The notes beneath the pieces are model-generated. The model saw only the letters and a list, made by a program, of their open reading frames with translations, was not told the DNA's origin and did not search any database. 64,000 bases of DNA from Myxococcota bacterium (lineage in GTDB: Bacteria > Myxococcota_A > UBA9160 > UBA6930). The stretch spans positions 1,920,001 to 1,984,000 of the forward strand of contig OZ245002.1 of NCBI GenBank assembly GCA_965223415.1, read 5' to 3'. This document shows, piece by piece, positions 29,970-39,526 of this stretch (positions are counted from its first letter, which is position 1; the number at the start of each line of letters is the position of its first letter). Both the position numbers and the translations under genes were made by a program.

Positions 29970-31154
29970 GTGACCGCCGCCGAGCCCCTCTCCGAGACCG
30001 CCTCCCCCGCGAACCGCGCGACCGTCCTGGTCGTCGACGACGAGCGGGGGCCCCGCGAATCGCTCCGGATGATCCTCCAGCCCACCTACGACGTGCAGGT
30101 GGCCCGGGACGGGTCCGAGGCCCTCCGCGTGCTGCGCAGCCGGCCCGTCGACCTCGTCACCCTCGACCTGAACATGCCCGGCATCCAGGGCGAGGAGCTG
30201 ATGGGGGTGGTGCGCCGGGAGTTCCCGGACGTCGAGGTCGTGATCATCACCGGCCACGGCACCCTCGAGAGCGCCACCGAGGCGATCCGCTACGGCGTCT
30301 CCGACTACCTCCAGAAGCCCTTCGACGTGGTGCAGGTGAGCGCCGCGGTGTTCCGCTGCCTCTCCCGCCGCCGCGGCCGCAACCGGCTCGTCACGTTCCT
30401 CTCGTCCCTCGGCGAGACGATCGGCTACCAGGACCAGATCGAGGCGATCCTCGAGCAGGCGGGTCAGGACCCGCGGGTGGGCCGCCGCATCGGCCGGCTG
30501 CTCGACGAGGAAGAGGCCGAGAGCCCGGGGCCGAACACCCTGGCCCGCTCCCTCGAGTGCCTCGAGGTGCTGGCGGACACGGTCGAGATCCAGAGCGGCT
30601 TCCTGCGCGGCCACGCCCGGCGCACCGGCTTCTACGCGGGCCTGCTGGCCGACCGGCTCCAGCTCGAGAACGCAATGATCGAACACGTTCGCATTGCGGG
30701 ATTCCTTCACGATGTCGGGAAGATCGGCGTCCCCACCGAGCTCCTGCTGCGGCCCGGCGCCCTCGACCCCAAGGAGCGCGCCGCCCTCGAGAAGCACCCG
30801 GAAATCGGGGCGCGGCTGGTCGAGCCCCTGGGCGTCGCCACCGAGATCATCGCGGCCATCCGCCACCACCACGAGTGGTGGGACGGCCGGGGCTACGGCG
30901 ACGGCCTCTACGGCGAGCAGATCCCGCTCTCGGCCCGCATCGTGGCCGTCGCCGACGCCTACGACGCCATGACCTGCGACCGGCCCTACCGCGAGGCGCT
31001 CTCGCCGGAGGTCGTGCGGCTCGAGATCGAGCGCTACGCGGGGGTGCAGTTCGACCCGACCCTCGCCAAGGAGTTCCTGCGGCTCATCGACGCCTCGGAG
31101 GTTCCCCTCCAGGTGCTGGCCGAGGCCACGAACGCGGAGGAGGTCGCGGCATGA
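29970..31154 (+). CDS. Response regulator with HD-GYP c-di-GMP phosphodiesterase domain (start uncertain)
   Basis: REC (VVDDE, LDLNMP, KPF); LHDVGKIG; HHEWWDGRGYG; ADAYDAMT.DRPYR. Confidence 0.92.
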   Translation: MTAAEPLSETASPANRATVLVVDDERGPRESLRMILQPTYDVQVARDGSEALRVLRSRPVDLVTLDLNMPGIQGEELMGVVRREFPDVEVVIITGHGTLESATEAIRYGVSDYLQKPFDVVQVSAAVFRCLSRRRGRNRLVTFLSSLGETIGYQDQIEAILEQAGQDPRVGRRIGRLLDEEEAESPGPNTLARSLECLEVLADTVEIQSGFLRGHARRTGFYAGLLADRLQLENAMIEHVRIAGFLHDVGKIGVPTELLLRPGALDPKERAALEKHPEIGARLVEPLGVATEIIAAIRHHHEWWDGRGYGDGLYGEQIPLSARIVAVADAYDAMTCDRPYREALSPEVVRLEIERYAGVQFDPTLAKEFLRLIDASEVPLQVLAEATNAEEVAA

Positions 31155-31182
31155 CGGCAGCTCCGGCTGGGGAGGGTTCGGC

Positions 31183-31581
31183 GTGACGCCCACGGAAGTC
31201 CAGATCCCGCTGTTCGAGACGGAGACGCCCCTGCGCCGCCACGAGGCGCGGGAGGATCGCGTGAAGGTGGTGCAGTACTGCCGCTTCCCGCGGGTCTGCG
31301 CCGACCAGCGCATGCGCACGGCGTTCACCCGGGACGTCTCGGCGACCGGGCTGTGTGTACGGGTGGACGCTGCCGAGCCCGTCGGCGCGTTGCTGCGATT
31401 GGTTCCACGGGGGGTGGATGGGGAGCCCGAGCCCGAACGGATCGGGCGGGTCGCCTGGACGCGGCCCACGGCGGACGGTGGACGCTGGCTCGGCATCGCG
31501 TTGCTCGATTGCGAGCAGCGCCAGCCGATCCGGATCCGCTACGTCCGCCGCCCCAGCCCCGCCCGCGCCGCCGGCGAGTAG
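31183..31581 (+). CDS. PilZ-domain protein
   Basis: RxxxR (RHEAR) and DxSxxG (DVSATG) motifs. Confidence 0.72.
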   Translation: MTPTEVQIPLFETETPLRRHEAREDRVKVVQYCRFPRVCADQRMRTAFTRDVSATGLCVRVDAAEPVGALLRLVPRGVDGEPEPERIGRVAWTRPTADGGRWLGIALLDCEQRQPIRIRYVRRPSPARAAGE

Positions 31582-31617
31582 CGGCCCGCCGGGCCCGAGG
31601 AGCTACCCTCCGCCGCC

Positions 31618-31905
31618 ATGTTCGGTATCGGCATGCCGGAGCTGATCGTCATCCTGGTGGTGGCGCTGCTCGTCTTCGGCCCCTCGAAGCTCCCGGAGCT
31701 CGCCCGCAACCTGGGCCGCGGGCTGGCCGAGTTCCGCCGCGCCTCCACCGACATCCGGCGCAGCCTGATGGAGGCCGAGAACGAGGCCCGCCAGTCGATC
31801 CAGCCCCCGCCGGCCCAGGCACCCGAAGCTGAAGCCGAGAAGGCACCGAAGGCCCTGGCCTCGGCCCCGGAGCCCGAGCCGAGCAAGCCGGACGACGCCA
31901 GCTAG
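31618..31905 (+). CDS. tatA: Twin-arginine translocase TatA/TatB subunit
   Basis: MFGIGMPEL...[11 protein letters not shown]. Confidence 0.9.
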   Translation: MFGIGMPELIVILVVALLVFGPSKLPELARNLGRGLAEFRRASTDIRRSLMEAENEARQSIQPPPAQAPEAEAEKAPKALASAPEPEPSKPDDAS

Positions 31906-31908
31906 CCC

Positions 31909-32649
31909 ATGACCCTGGACGAGGCGTTACCGCTCACGGAGCACCTGGCCGAGCTCCGCACGCGGCTCTTCAAGATCCTGATCGCCTGGGGGATCGGCTT
32001 CGCCGGCGCGTGGAACTTCAGCGAGCAGATCTTCGGCTACCTGCTCGAGCCGGCGACCCAGGCGCTGGGCGACGGCGGGAAGCTCCAGGCCATCGCACCG
32101 ACGGAGATCTTCTTCACCTATCTGAAGTGCGCGCTCCTCGCGGGCTTCGTGTTCGCGTTGCCCGTGATCTTCTGGCAGCTCTGGGCGTTCATCGCGCCGG
32201 GGCTCTATCCCTCGGAGAAGAAGGTCGCCTTGCCCTTCGTGGTGTGCTCGACCCTGCTCTTCGCCGGCGGCGGCGCCTTCGGCTACTTCCTCGTCTTCCC
32301 GCTGGTCTACGACTTCTTCGCCGGCTTCAGCAGCAGCTTCGTCGAGTCCGCCTGGACCATGAAGGAAGTCTTCTCCCTCACGACGCGGCTCCTGCTGGCC
32401 TTCGGCACCGGCTTCGAGCTACCGGTGCTGGTCTTCTTCCTCTCCGCCGCGGGCATCGTCGACCCGAGCCAGTTCATCGGCGGGCTCAAGTACGCGGTGC
32501 TGGTGTCCTTCGTGTTCGCCGCCGTGCTCACGCCCCCCGACATCGTGAGCCAGGTGCTGCTCGCGGTGCCACTGGTGGTGCTCTACGTGCTGGGCGTCGG
32601 CGTGGCCTACCTGTTCGCGCCGAGGAGGGACGACGGTGGCTCCGGGTGA
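31909..32649 (+). CDS. tatC: Twin-arginine translocase subunit TatC
   Basis: EHLAELRTRL, FIAPGLYPSE, FELP, LTPPD. Confidence 0.96.
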   Translation: MTLDEALPLTEHLAELRTRLFKILIAWGIGFAGAWNFSEQIFGYLLEPATQALGDGGKLQAIAPTEIFFTYLKCALLAGFVFALPVIFWQLWAFIAPGLYPSEKKVALPFVVCSTLLFAGGGAFGYFLVFPLVYDFFAGFSSSFVESAWTMKEVFSLTTRLLLAFGTGFELPVLVFFLSAAGIVDPSQFIGGLKYAVLVSFVFAAVLTPPDIVSQVLLAVPLVVLYVLGVGVAYLFAPRRDDGGSG

Positions 32650-33770
32650 GGCCCGCCCTGGGCCACGATGAGCACCAGGTCGTCCCCGGCCACCCGATCG
32701 CGGGTGGAGTCCCGGAGCCGGTTGGGGCCGAGCGAGTAGAGCGTGAGGCGCCTTCCGCCGTCGCGGCTGCACGCATCGCGCACCCAGTAGGGTGAGCTCC
32801 AGGGGTCGAGGACGTACTCGGCCCGCACCGGATCGAGACCGCGCGTGGTGAGTTCGCGGAAGCGCCCGCCCGCCAGGGCGGCTTCCGATTGGCGCGCGGC
32901 GAGGCGATAGACGCGCTTGTGCTGGCCGCAGCGCGTGCGCACGCGGCCCGCGCGGAAGTCGCGGGCCAGGGCCGCGAGCTCGGACCGTGCCGCGTCCAGC
33001 GCTGCGGGATCGGAGGCCCGGCTGCGCGACCAGCCGGTGGAGCCGGCCGCCAACAGGAGCACGACCGCGGCGGTCGCCAGCGACACCCGGGCCGGTGCCC
33101 GCGCCCGGCCGCGAGCGAGCCGGAGCAGGGAATCGGCCGCCAGACCGATCCCGAGCAGGAGCTCGACCCACTCCCCCGTGAAGCGGAAGGGGTAGACGGC
33201 GTACAGCGCCGCGGCGCCTACGAAGCCGAGTGCGACACCGGGAGCGGGCGCCTCGATGCCCAGGCGTCGACCCGTGTCCCGGAGCCGGCCGACCCGCACG
33301 AAGAGGGGGAGACCGAGCCCGTAGCCCAGCAGCACGACCTGCAGGCCGAGCTGGCGCAGGTCCTTCGGCAGGACGTTGTGGAGGTTCAGCTCCTGCTGGT
33401 CATTGTGAGCGAGGAAGTAGTCGGGCGGCTGGAGACCGAGGAGCCGTTGCCCCCAGGAAATCTCCTCGCCGGCCACGACGAGGCAACCGAGCGACGCCAG
33501 GGCGGGGAAGACGAAGGACCAGCCGGAGGCCCGGAAGGCGAGGACGCCGAAGGCTCCCGCCGCGGCGACGAGGCTCCAGACGGTGGCCCACTCGACGGGT
33601 CCGTCTTCCTGGAGCAGGCGGTCGTGGAGCTCGGGAGCGAGGGTGTGGAGCAGGCCCGCGGCGAGGACGACCGCCACCGCGAGGAGGCCGACCGCGTGCT
33701 CCGTCCGAAACGCGAGGACGGGGCGCCCGAGCCTTGCCGGCCGGACACCCCGCGGGTTCGCCGACACCAC
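32607..33770 (-). CDS. Multi-pass membrane protein with a GspG-like C-terminal motif, paralog 1
   Basis: QEDGPVEWAT, GEEISWGQR, HNDQQELNLHN, LDPWSSPY, YSLGPN. Confidence 0.8.
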   Translation of the reverse strand: MVSANPRGVRPARLGRPVLAFRTEHAVGLLAVAVVLAAGLLHTLAPELHDRLLQEDGPVEWATVWSLVAAAGAFGVLAFRASGWSFVFPALASLGCLVVAGEEISWGQRLLGLQPPDYFLAHNDQQELNLHNVLPKDLRQLGLQVVLLGYGLGLPLFVRVGRLRDTGRRLGIEAPAPGVALGFVGAAALYAVYPFRFTGEWVELLLGIGLAADSLLRLARGRARAPARVSLATAAVVLLLAAGSTGWSRSRASDPAALDAARSELAALARDFRAGRVRTRCGQHKRVYRLAARQSEAALAGGRFRELTTRGLDPVRAEYVLDPWSSPYWVRDACSRDGGRRLTLYSLGPNRLRDSTRDRVAGDDLVLIVAQGGPHPEPPSSLLGANR

Positions 33771-33774
33771 CTAG

Positions 33775-35044
33775 CAGGCTGCTGAAATTCGGCGCTGAGA
33801 GGCGCCAGAACGCCAGAGGGCGCGGGTCCCCGCGGCCCGCTCGGCTCGCTCTTCGATCCCGGAAGTGATCCGGGGTACCTCGTCTCGATGCAGGTGCGTC
33901 ATGTGACCTCTACGAGGTTGCGTATGCGGACCAGGTTGTAGACCGCCGCCGTGAAGACGAACATCCACCCGACCCGATCCGTGCCCCGGTGACGCGTCTT
34001 TCGCATTCCCCCGACCGTCTTCATCCAACCGAAGCACTCCTCGATCCGCTTGCGTTTGTGCTGGCTGATCGCGTAGCCCTCGTGACGGACCGTGCGACCG
34101 TCGATCCGGCTGGCCCGATTCGTCGTGTGCTGCGCCACGTGCGGCGTGATGTTGCGCTTCCGGCAGCCCGCCACGAACTCCTCGGTGTCGTAGCCCTTGT
34201 CCCCGCCCAGCGTGATCCGGCGCCTTCCCGCCACGTCCTCCGCCATCTCCAGCGCTGCCAGCCGCTCGGCGTAGCCATCGGCCTCCGTCAGCAGCGCCGA
34301 GACGATCAGGCCGTTGCGGTTCTCCGTCAGCAGATGGCCCATGTAGGCCAGCTGCGAGGTCTGGCCCTTCTTGCGCGCCAGCCGCGCCTCGGGATCCGTC
34401 GTCGATTCGTGCGTCGCGTTGCTCCGCCGCTCTCCCCGAAAGTTCACCGTCGGGTTGCCCGGATCGTCGTCTCCGTCGTCCCCCGAGCCGTCCTTCGCCC
34501 GGAAGCTCTTCTGGCTCGCCCACGCCTCGATCAGCGTGCCATCCACCGTGAAGTGCTCCGACGACAGAAGGCCGTGGTCCTTTCCCTGCGCCAGCACCGC
34601 CTCAAAGAACGCCTCCGCCACGTCCCCTTCCAGCAGCCGGTCCCGGTTCTTCGTGAAGACCGTCGGGACCCAGACCGCATCCTCCATCCCCAGCCCTACG
34701 AACCAACGGAACAGCAGGTTGTACTCGAGCTGCTCCATCAGCTGGCGCTCACTCCGGATCGAGTAGAGCACCTGCAGCAACAGAGCCCGCAGCAGCCGCT
34801 CCGGTGGGATCGACGGCCGGCCCGTCGACGCGTAGAGCTCCGAGAACCGCCGAGACAGGCCCCTCAGCGCCTCGTCCACCATCGCCCGCATGGGGCGAAG
34901 CGGATGATCCTCCGGAATCCGCGTCTCCAGCGAGACGTAGCTGAACATCGAACCCTGCTCTCGGTCGCTGCCGCGCATCCTCTCTCCCCCCGACCCATCT
35001 TCTACCATCGAGAACACGGAAACGCAGGGTTTTTCAGCAGCCTG
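33775..35044 (-). mobile_element. IS5-family insertion sequence, copy 2 (inverted)
   Basis: Same IRs, same length and identical transposase translation; CTAG at 33771-74 and 35045-48. Confidence 0.93.
33899..34978 (-). CDS. IS5-family DDE transposase
   Basis: Translation identical to 27130-28209. Confidence 0.95.
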   Translation of the reverse strand: MRGSDREQGSMFSYVSLETRIPEDHPLRPMRAMVDEALRGLSRRFSELYASTGRPSIPPERLLRALLLQVLYSIRSERQLMEQLEYNLLFRWFVGLGMEDAVWVPTVFTKNRDRLLEGDVAEAFFEAVLAQGKDHGLLSSEHFTVDGTLIEAWASQKSFRAKDGSGDDGDDDPGNPTVNFRGERRSNATHESTTDPEARLARKKGQTSQLAYMGHLLTENRNGLIVSALLTEADGYAERLAALEMAEDVAGRRRITLGGDKGYDTEEFVAGCRKRNITPHVAQHTTNRASRIDGRTVRHEGYAISQHKRKRIEECFGWMKTVGGMRKTRHRGTDRVGWMFVFTAAVYNLVRIRNLVEVT

Positions 35045-37033
35045 CTAGCGCCGGCGTGACCGACGGCGCCGCTTCTTCTTGCGCTTCTTGCGCTCCTTCT
35101 TCGTCAGTTTCTTCCCGGTGGGAGCCACGGTCGCCGGCTGCACCCGGCACTGGCGGTCGCTGTTCTTCGTGTCCACGGTGCCGGCCGGCCAGCTTCCCGT
35201 GCCGGACGAGACGTCGACGCGCACCGCGCGCGGCGCCGTCGCCACCGCGGCCGTGAGCAAGAAGTCTCCACTCGGATCGACCGTCCCGTTCGCCAGCTTG
35301 GCGCCCGAGTCGGCGTCATAGGCGTCGGCACTGCCGCCGGGCGGGCCGGCCTTGCCCTTCACCTCGAGGGTGCCGCAGGACCACCAGGCCGATCGGGCAT
35401 GGCTGGCCACCTCGACACCGCACTTCGCCGGAGCGCCGCGCACGCTGATCTCGGTGCTCGCCGGTGCGTCGATCCCCACCGTCACCGAGCACGGTGCCAT
35501 GAAGGGCATGAGCAAGATCATGAAGTCGCCGGCCTGGTCGCCCCAGCCGTAACCGAGGAGGGCACCGCTGTCGCCGTCGAACACGGCGATGCGCTCGCCC
35601 GGGTTGGCGCCGTGGCCCGTGACGGTCAGCGAGCCGAGGGACGAACGCCAGCGCCGAGCCCACGCGGGATCCGCGAAGTCGAGCATCCTCGGCTTGTGGG
35701 GGCCGGCGGTGCTCGGCTCGGCGCTGGGGGCCGAGCTGGAGTCCGAGTCGTCCGAATCATCGGAGTCGGCATCCGCGTCGCCATCGGAGTCCTCGGAATC
35801 CGAGTCGTCCCCGGACTCGTCGTCCCCGAAGCTCCACCAGGCGTCGTCCAGGACCAGGTTGCCGGACGTGACCGGATCCGTCGCCTTCATCTGGAAGGTC
35901 TCACGGGCGGACTCGACCGGGCTGCCGTCGTCGCTCACCGTGACGGTCACGGAGAAGCTGGCCGCCACGCTGGGCGTCCACAGGATCTCGGCGGTCCCAT
36001 CACCGAAGTCGGTGTAGGTGGCGTCCGCGGGGAGACCGCTGAACGCGTAGCCGAGGCCATCCTGGTCCGGGTCCGTCGCCGTCAGCAGCACCTGGAGGGT
36101 CATGCCCACGAGGACGCTGCGGTCGCCGACCGGCGTCAGCATCGGCGGACGGTTCACGTTGCCCACCGTGAGGGTGAAGCCCTCGGTGGCGCTCAAGGAA
36201 GGCGTGCCGTCATCGGTCGCCGTGGCCGTGAGGGCGTGGTTTCCGGCGGCGCCCGGCGTCCAGTCGAAGCTGCCGGTGCCGTCGCCGTTGTCGGCAAAGT
36301 TCGCGCCGGCGGGCAACGGGCTCACGTCGAGGGTGAGCATGTCGCCGTCCGGGTCGGTCGCGGATACGGCGATGCTCACCGGAACGCCGATGGACAGGCT
36401 CTGGTCGGCGATCGCAGTGATGGCCGGCGGCTGGTTGGCCGCCTGACCGACGCTGATCGTGACGACCTCCATCGCCGTCGCCATCGGAACGCCGTCGTCC
36501 GTCGCGTTGAAGGTGACCTGGAAGCTCCCGACCTGGCCCGCCCCCGGCGTCCAGGTGAAGGTGCCGGTGCCGTTCCCGTTGTCGGTGAACTGATGCCCGT
36601 TCGGGCCGTTGGCCACCGCGAGGGCGATGCCGTGGCCGTCGGGATCCCTCGCGCTCACCGGGATGGTGAGGAGCATGCCCTGGGTGGCGGTCTGCGGGCC
36701 GATCGCCGCGAGGACCGGCGGGTTGTTGGCGACCTGCGGGCAGAAGACGCTGTGATCGCGACCACCCCGGTCCCAGGCGTCCCCCTGGGCGCTCACATTG
36801 CCGCTAGACGGGAGGTTCGCGGGGAAGGGACCGTTGTTGTGACACAGCTTGCACTCGTTGAAGAACTCGTTGGGGTCGACGAGATCGGCGAAGGGCGTCG
36901 TCCCGGAGGTCGACGAGCAGAAGGCGTCGACCGCGGGGCCGTAGCCGGGGTCGTCCTTGGCCTGGGCCGTCACCGCCACGAAGAGCGCACACAGGAGCGC
37001 TGCCGTGGTGCGCTGGAGAGACGAGCGGAGCAT
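35045..37033 (-). CDS. Secreted protein with CxxCH motif, three Ig/cadherin-like repeats, Asp/Ser tract and basic tail
   Basis: Signal peptide; CKLCH; repeats NxPP...ATDPDGD...DNGDGT..FxWTP...ATDDG; ends KKERKKRKKKRRRRSRRR. Confidence 0.85.
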   Translation of the reverse strand: MLRSSLQRTTAALLCALFVAVTAQAKDDPGYGPAVDAFCSSTSGTTPFADLVDPNEFFNECKLCHNNGPFPANLPSSGNVSAQGDAWDRGGRDHSVFCPQVANNPPVLAAIGPQTATQGMLLTIPVSARDPDGHGIALAVANGPNGHQFTDNGNGTGTFTWTPGAGQVGSFQVTFNATDDGVPMATAMEVVTISVGQAANQPPAITAIADQSLSIGVPVSIAVSATDPDGDMLTLDVSPLPAGANFADNGDGTGSFDWTPGAAGNHALTATATDDGTPSLSATEGFTLTVGNVNRPPMLTPVGDRSVLVGMTLQVLLTATDPDQDGLGYAFSGLPADATYTDFGDGTAEILWTPSVAASFSVTVTVSDDGSPVESARETFQMKATDPVTSGNLVLDDAWWSFGDDESGDDSDSEDSDGDADADSDDSDDSDSSSAPSAEPSTAGPHKPRMLDFADPAWARRWRSSLGSLTVTGHGANPGERIAVFDGDSGALLGYGWGDQAGDFMILLMPFMAPCSVTVGIDAPASTEISVRGAPAKCGVEVASHARSAWWSCGTLEVKGKAGPPGGSADAYDADSGAKLANGTVDPSGDFLLTAAVATAPRAVRVDVSSGTGSWPAGTVDTKNSDRQCRVQPATVAPTGKKLTKKERKKRKKKRRRRSRRR

Positions 37034-37169
37034 GGGTCGATTCCTCCCGAAGCCGGGTTTGGCGTCGCACCGTGCGTTCGGAAGGACCTCTCTCCGCTGT
37101 GGTGATCGGGCGCACCCCGGTCGCGATTTGCGGCCGCACGCCTCGAAGCTTCATCTTCCGTGCAGGAGA

Positions 37170-37188
37170 CCTTTAGATTGCCTTCAGA
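37170..37188. promoter_or_regulatory. Possible OmpR-family binding site (direct repeat, 11-bp phasing)
   Basis: CCTTTAGA (37170) and CCTTCAGA (37181) in the divergent intergenic region. Confidence 0.35.
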
Positions 37189-37209
37189 AAGCGGTCGTAG
37201 GATGTGCGC

Positions 37210-37899
37210 GTGAAGGTCCTGTACGTGGAGGACGACTTGGAAGCGCAGGCCTTCGTAGGCCGGGCGCTGGGCGAGAGTGGGTTCGTCGTGGACCTCGCTG
37301 GCGACGGCGCGGCGGGTCTCGAGCTCGCGGTCCGCGGGGGGCACGATGTCATCATCCTCGACGTCCGTCTCCCCGACATGAACGGCTTCGACGTGTTGCG
37401 GGAGCTGCGCGGGAGCGGCGACGAGACTCCGGTGATCTTCCTGTCCGCGCAGGGCGAGGTGACGGATCGCATCGACGGGCTCAACCTGGGCGCGGACGAC
37501 TACCTGACCAAGCCGTTCGCGTTCGCGGAGCTCCTCGCCCGCATCCGCGTGATCGAGCGGCGTCTGCTCCGGGTGGGCAACGACGACACCATGCGGGTCG
37601 CGGACCTCGAGGTCGACGTAGGTCGGCAGGCTGTGCGGCGCGCGGGCCGGAGCATCCACCTGACCCCCAAGGAGCTCCAGCTTCTCGAGTACCTGATGCG
37701 CAACGAGGGCTACGTGGTGTCCCGGACGATGATCGCGGAGAAGGTCTGGGGGCAGGGCTTCGAGAACTACTCGAACGCGATCGACGTCCACGTGAACAAC
37801 CTCCGGCGCAAGGTCGATCGGGATTTCAGGCCGAAGCTGATCCACACGCGCAAGGGCGTCGGCTACGTGATCGAGGACCGCTCTTCCGAGGAAGCCTGA
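37210..37899 (+). CDS. OmpR-family response regulator (CusR/CzcR-like)
   Basis: VEDD, GADDYLTKPF, LTPKE, NAIDVHV..LRRKVD, IHTRKGVGY. Confidence 0.95.
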   Translation: MKVLYVEDDLEAQAFVGRALGESGFVVDLAGDGAAGLELAVRGGHDVIILDVRLPDMNGFDVLRELRGSGDETPVIFLSAQGEVTDRIDGLNLGADDYLTKPFAFAELLARIRVIERRLLRVGNDDTMRVADLEVDVGRQAVRRAGRSIHLTPKELQLLEYLMRNEGYVVSRTMIAEKVWGQGFENYSNAIDVHVNNLRRKVDRDFRPKLIHTRKGVGYVIEDRSSEEA

Positions 37900-39356
37900 T
37901 TCTCCTCGGCCGGCAGCCAGACCCGGAAGGTCGTTCCGACGCCGACCCGGCTCTCGACCTCGATGCGGCCGCTGTGGGCCCGCGCGATCTCGTGGGCGAT
38001 CGCCAGGCCGAGCCCGAAGCCCGGCACCTTGCCCTCGGCCCCGCCCCGCTCGAAGCGATCGAACACCATCTCCAGATGCTCGGGCGCGATGCCCGGCCCG
38101 TTGTCGACGATCTCGAAGGCGAGCCCGTTCTGCTGCCAGGACCCGCGGACGCGGATCGCGTCGCCGGGCCTCCCATACTTGATCGCGTTGTCGACGAGGT
38201 TCGAGAAGAGCTGGCGGAGCCAGGTGGGCTCACCGCGAACGAGGGCGTCGGGCACGGATTCCAAGCGGAGACCGATGCCCCGATCCTCGGCGAACGGCTC
38301 GAAGAACGCGTGGAGCGTCTCGAGGAGCGGCCGGATCTTGACGCGGGCGACGCGATCGGGATCGAGCCCCGCCCCCGAGCGCGAGAGCTCAAGCAGCCCG
38401 TGAACGCCCTGGGCGAGCTGGTGGGTCTGGGCGAGCAGGTAGGTCAGGACCTCGCGGTACTCCTCGGGCGTGCGCGGCTTCTGGAGGGTGGCGTCGATCT
38501 GGCCGCAGATCCGGTTGAGGGGGGTGCGGATCTGGTGGGCGGCGTTGGCATTGAAGCGCGCCATGCTCTCGATGCCGCGGCGGATGCGGCGGATCATGGC
38601 GTTGAGCGCGCTCGCGAGCCGATCGATCTCGTCGCCGGAGCCTCTCGTCGGGATCGTCTCGAGCAGGTTCGAACTGGTGATGCGCTCCGCCGTCGCCGTG
38701 ATCTGCGAGACCGGGCGAAGGGTACCCCGGGCGAGGACCCAGCCGAGCACGGCGGTGACCAGCACCATCAGCGGGGCCGAGAACATGAGCACGTCACGGA
38801 CCTGCTGGAGCGCGGCCTCGTAGCGTTGGGTATCGATCGCCACCTGGAGCATGCTGCCCGGCGCGCCCGTTGCCACGACGAGGAACGGGTGCTCGCCCCC
38901 GAGATCGACGGTCCGGAGCACCTGCGAGGCGTCGTCCCCGATCTCCGCCCAGGGAGGCGCCGGCCCACCGGCTTCGAGCGAGCCCGCCGCGGCCAGGCGC
39001 TCGCCGTCCTCCCCCACCAGCTCGATGCCCATGCGCAGGTCGGTGGGCGCCTCGCGGACCGTGCGCTGGATGCGCGCGCGGAACCACTCGAGGGTCTTTT
39101 CGGCGCCGTGCTCTTCGGTCTGGGTGTGCAGCGAGTCGCGAAGGTCCCGGGCCTGGATCTCGGCAACGAGGCGCGCCTCGCGATCGATCCGGACCGCCAT
39201 CTGCTGGTGGACCAGGAAGCCGAAGATCCCGAGCGCGAGCAGCACGGCCAGCCCGTACTGCAGCGCCCAACGTGCGCCGATCGTGAGCTTCAGAGCGGGT
39301 CTCCCTGCATCCTCCGGGGAGGATACGCCGGCCTGCGGCTCGCATGAAGCCAGCAT
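37863..39356 (-). CDS. Membrane sensor histidine kinase (HAMP-HisKA-HATPase); start uncertain
   Basis: Two TMs, AAHQIRTPL, NLVDNAIKY, DNGPGI, GFGLGL. Confidence 0.93.
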   Translation of the reverse strand: MLASCEPQAGVSSPEDAGRPALKLTIGARWALQYGLAVLLALGIFGFLVHQQMAVRIDREARLVAEIQARDLRDSLHTQTEEHGAEKTLEWFRARIQRTVREAPTDLRMGIELVGEDGERLAAAGSLEAGGPAPPWAEIGDDASQVLRTVDLGGEHPFLVVATGAPGSMLQVAIDTQRYEAALQQVRDVLMFSAPLMVLVTAVLGWVLARGTLRPVSQITATAERITSSNLLETIPTRGSGDEIDRLASALNAMIRRIRRGIESMARFNANAAHQIRTPLNRICGQIDATLQKPRTPEEYREVLTYLLAQTHQLAQGVHGLLELSRSGAGLDPDRVARVKIRPLLETLHAFFEPFAEDRGIGLRLESVPDALVRGEPTWLRQLFSNLVDNAIKYGRPGDAIRVRGSWQQNGLAFEIVDNGPGIAPEHLEMVFDRFERGGAEGKVPGFGLGLAIAHEIARAHSGRIEVESRVGVGTTFRVWLPAEENQASSEERSSIT

Positions 39357-39526
39357 GAGGATGGCGCCAGGCGCTGCGTGAAGAAGTGCCGACGCGCTGC
39401 TCTCGGATCGGGCATCCTGGGCGGTTCGGTGAGCCGGGTCACCGTACCGACCCTTTCACCTGGACGATGTTCCGTGACGCCGCTCGCGTTCCCATGCGCC
39501 CGCACCCAAGAGAAGGAGAGCCCACC

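Noticed and set aside
27064..35044. Composite transposon carrying tatAC
   Set aside because: Each IS has its own CTAG duplication and the cargo looks like host core genes, so independent insertions are simpler
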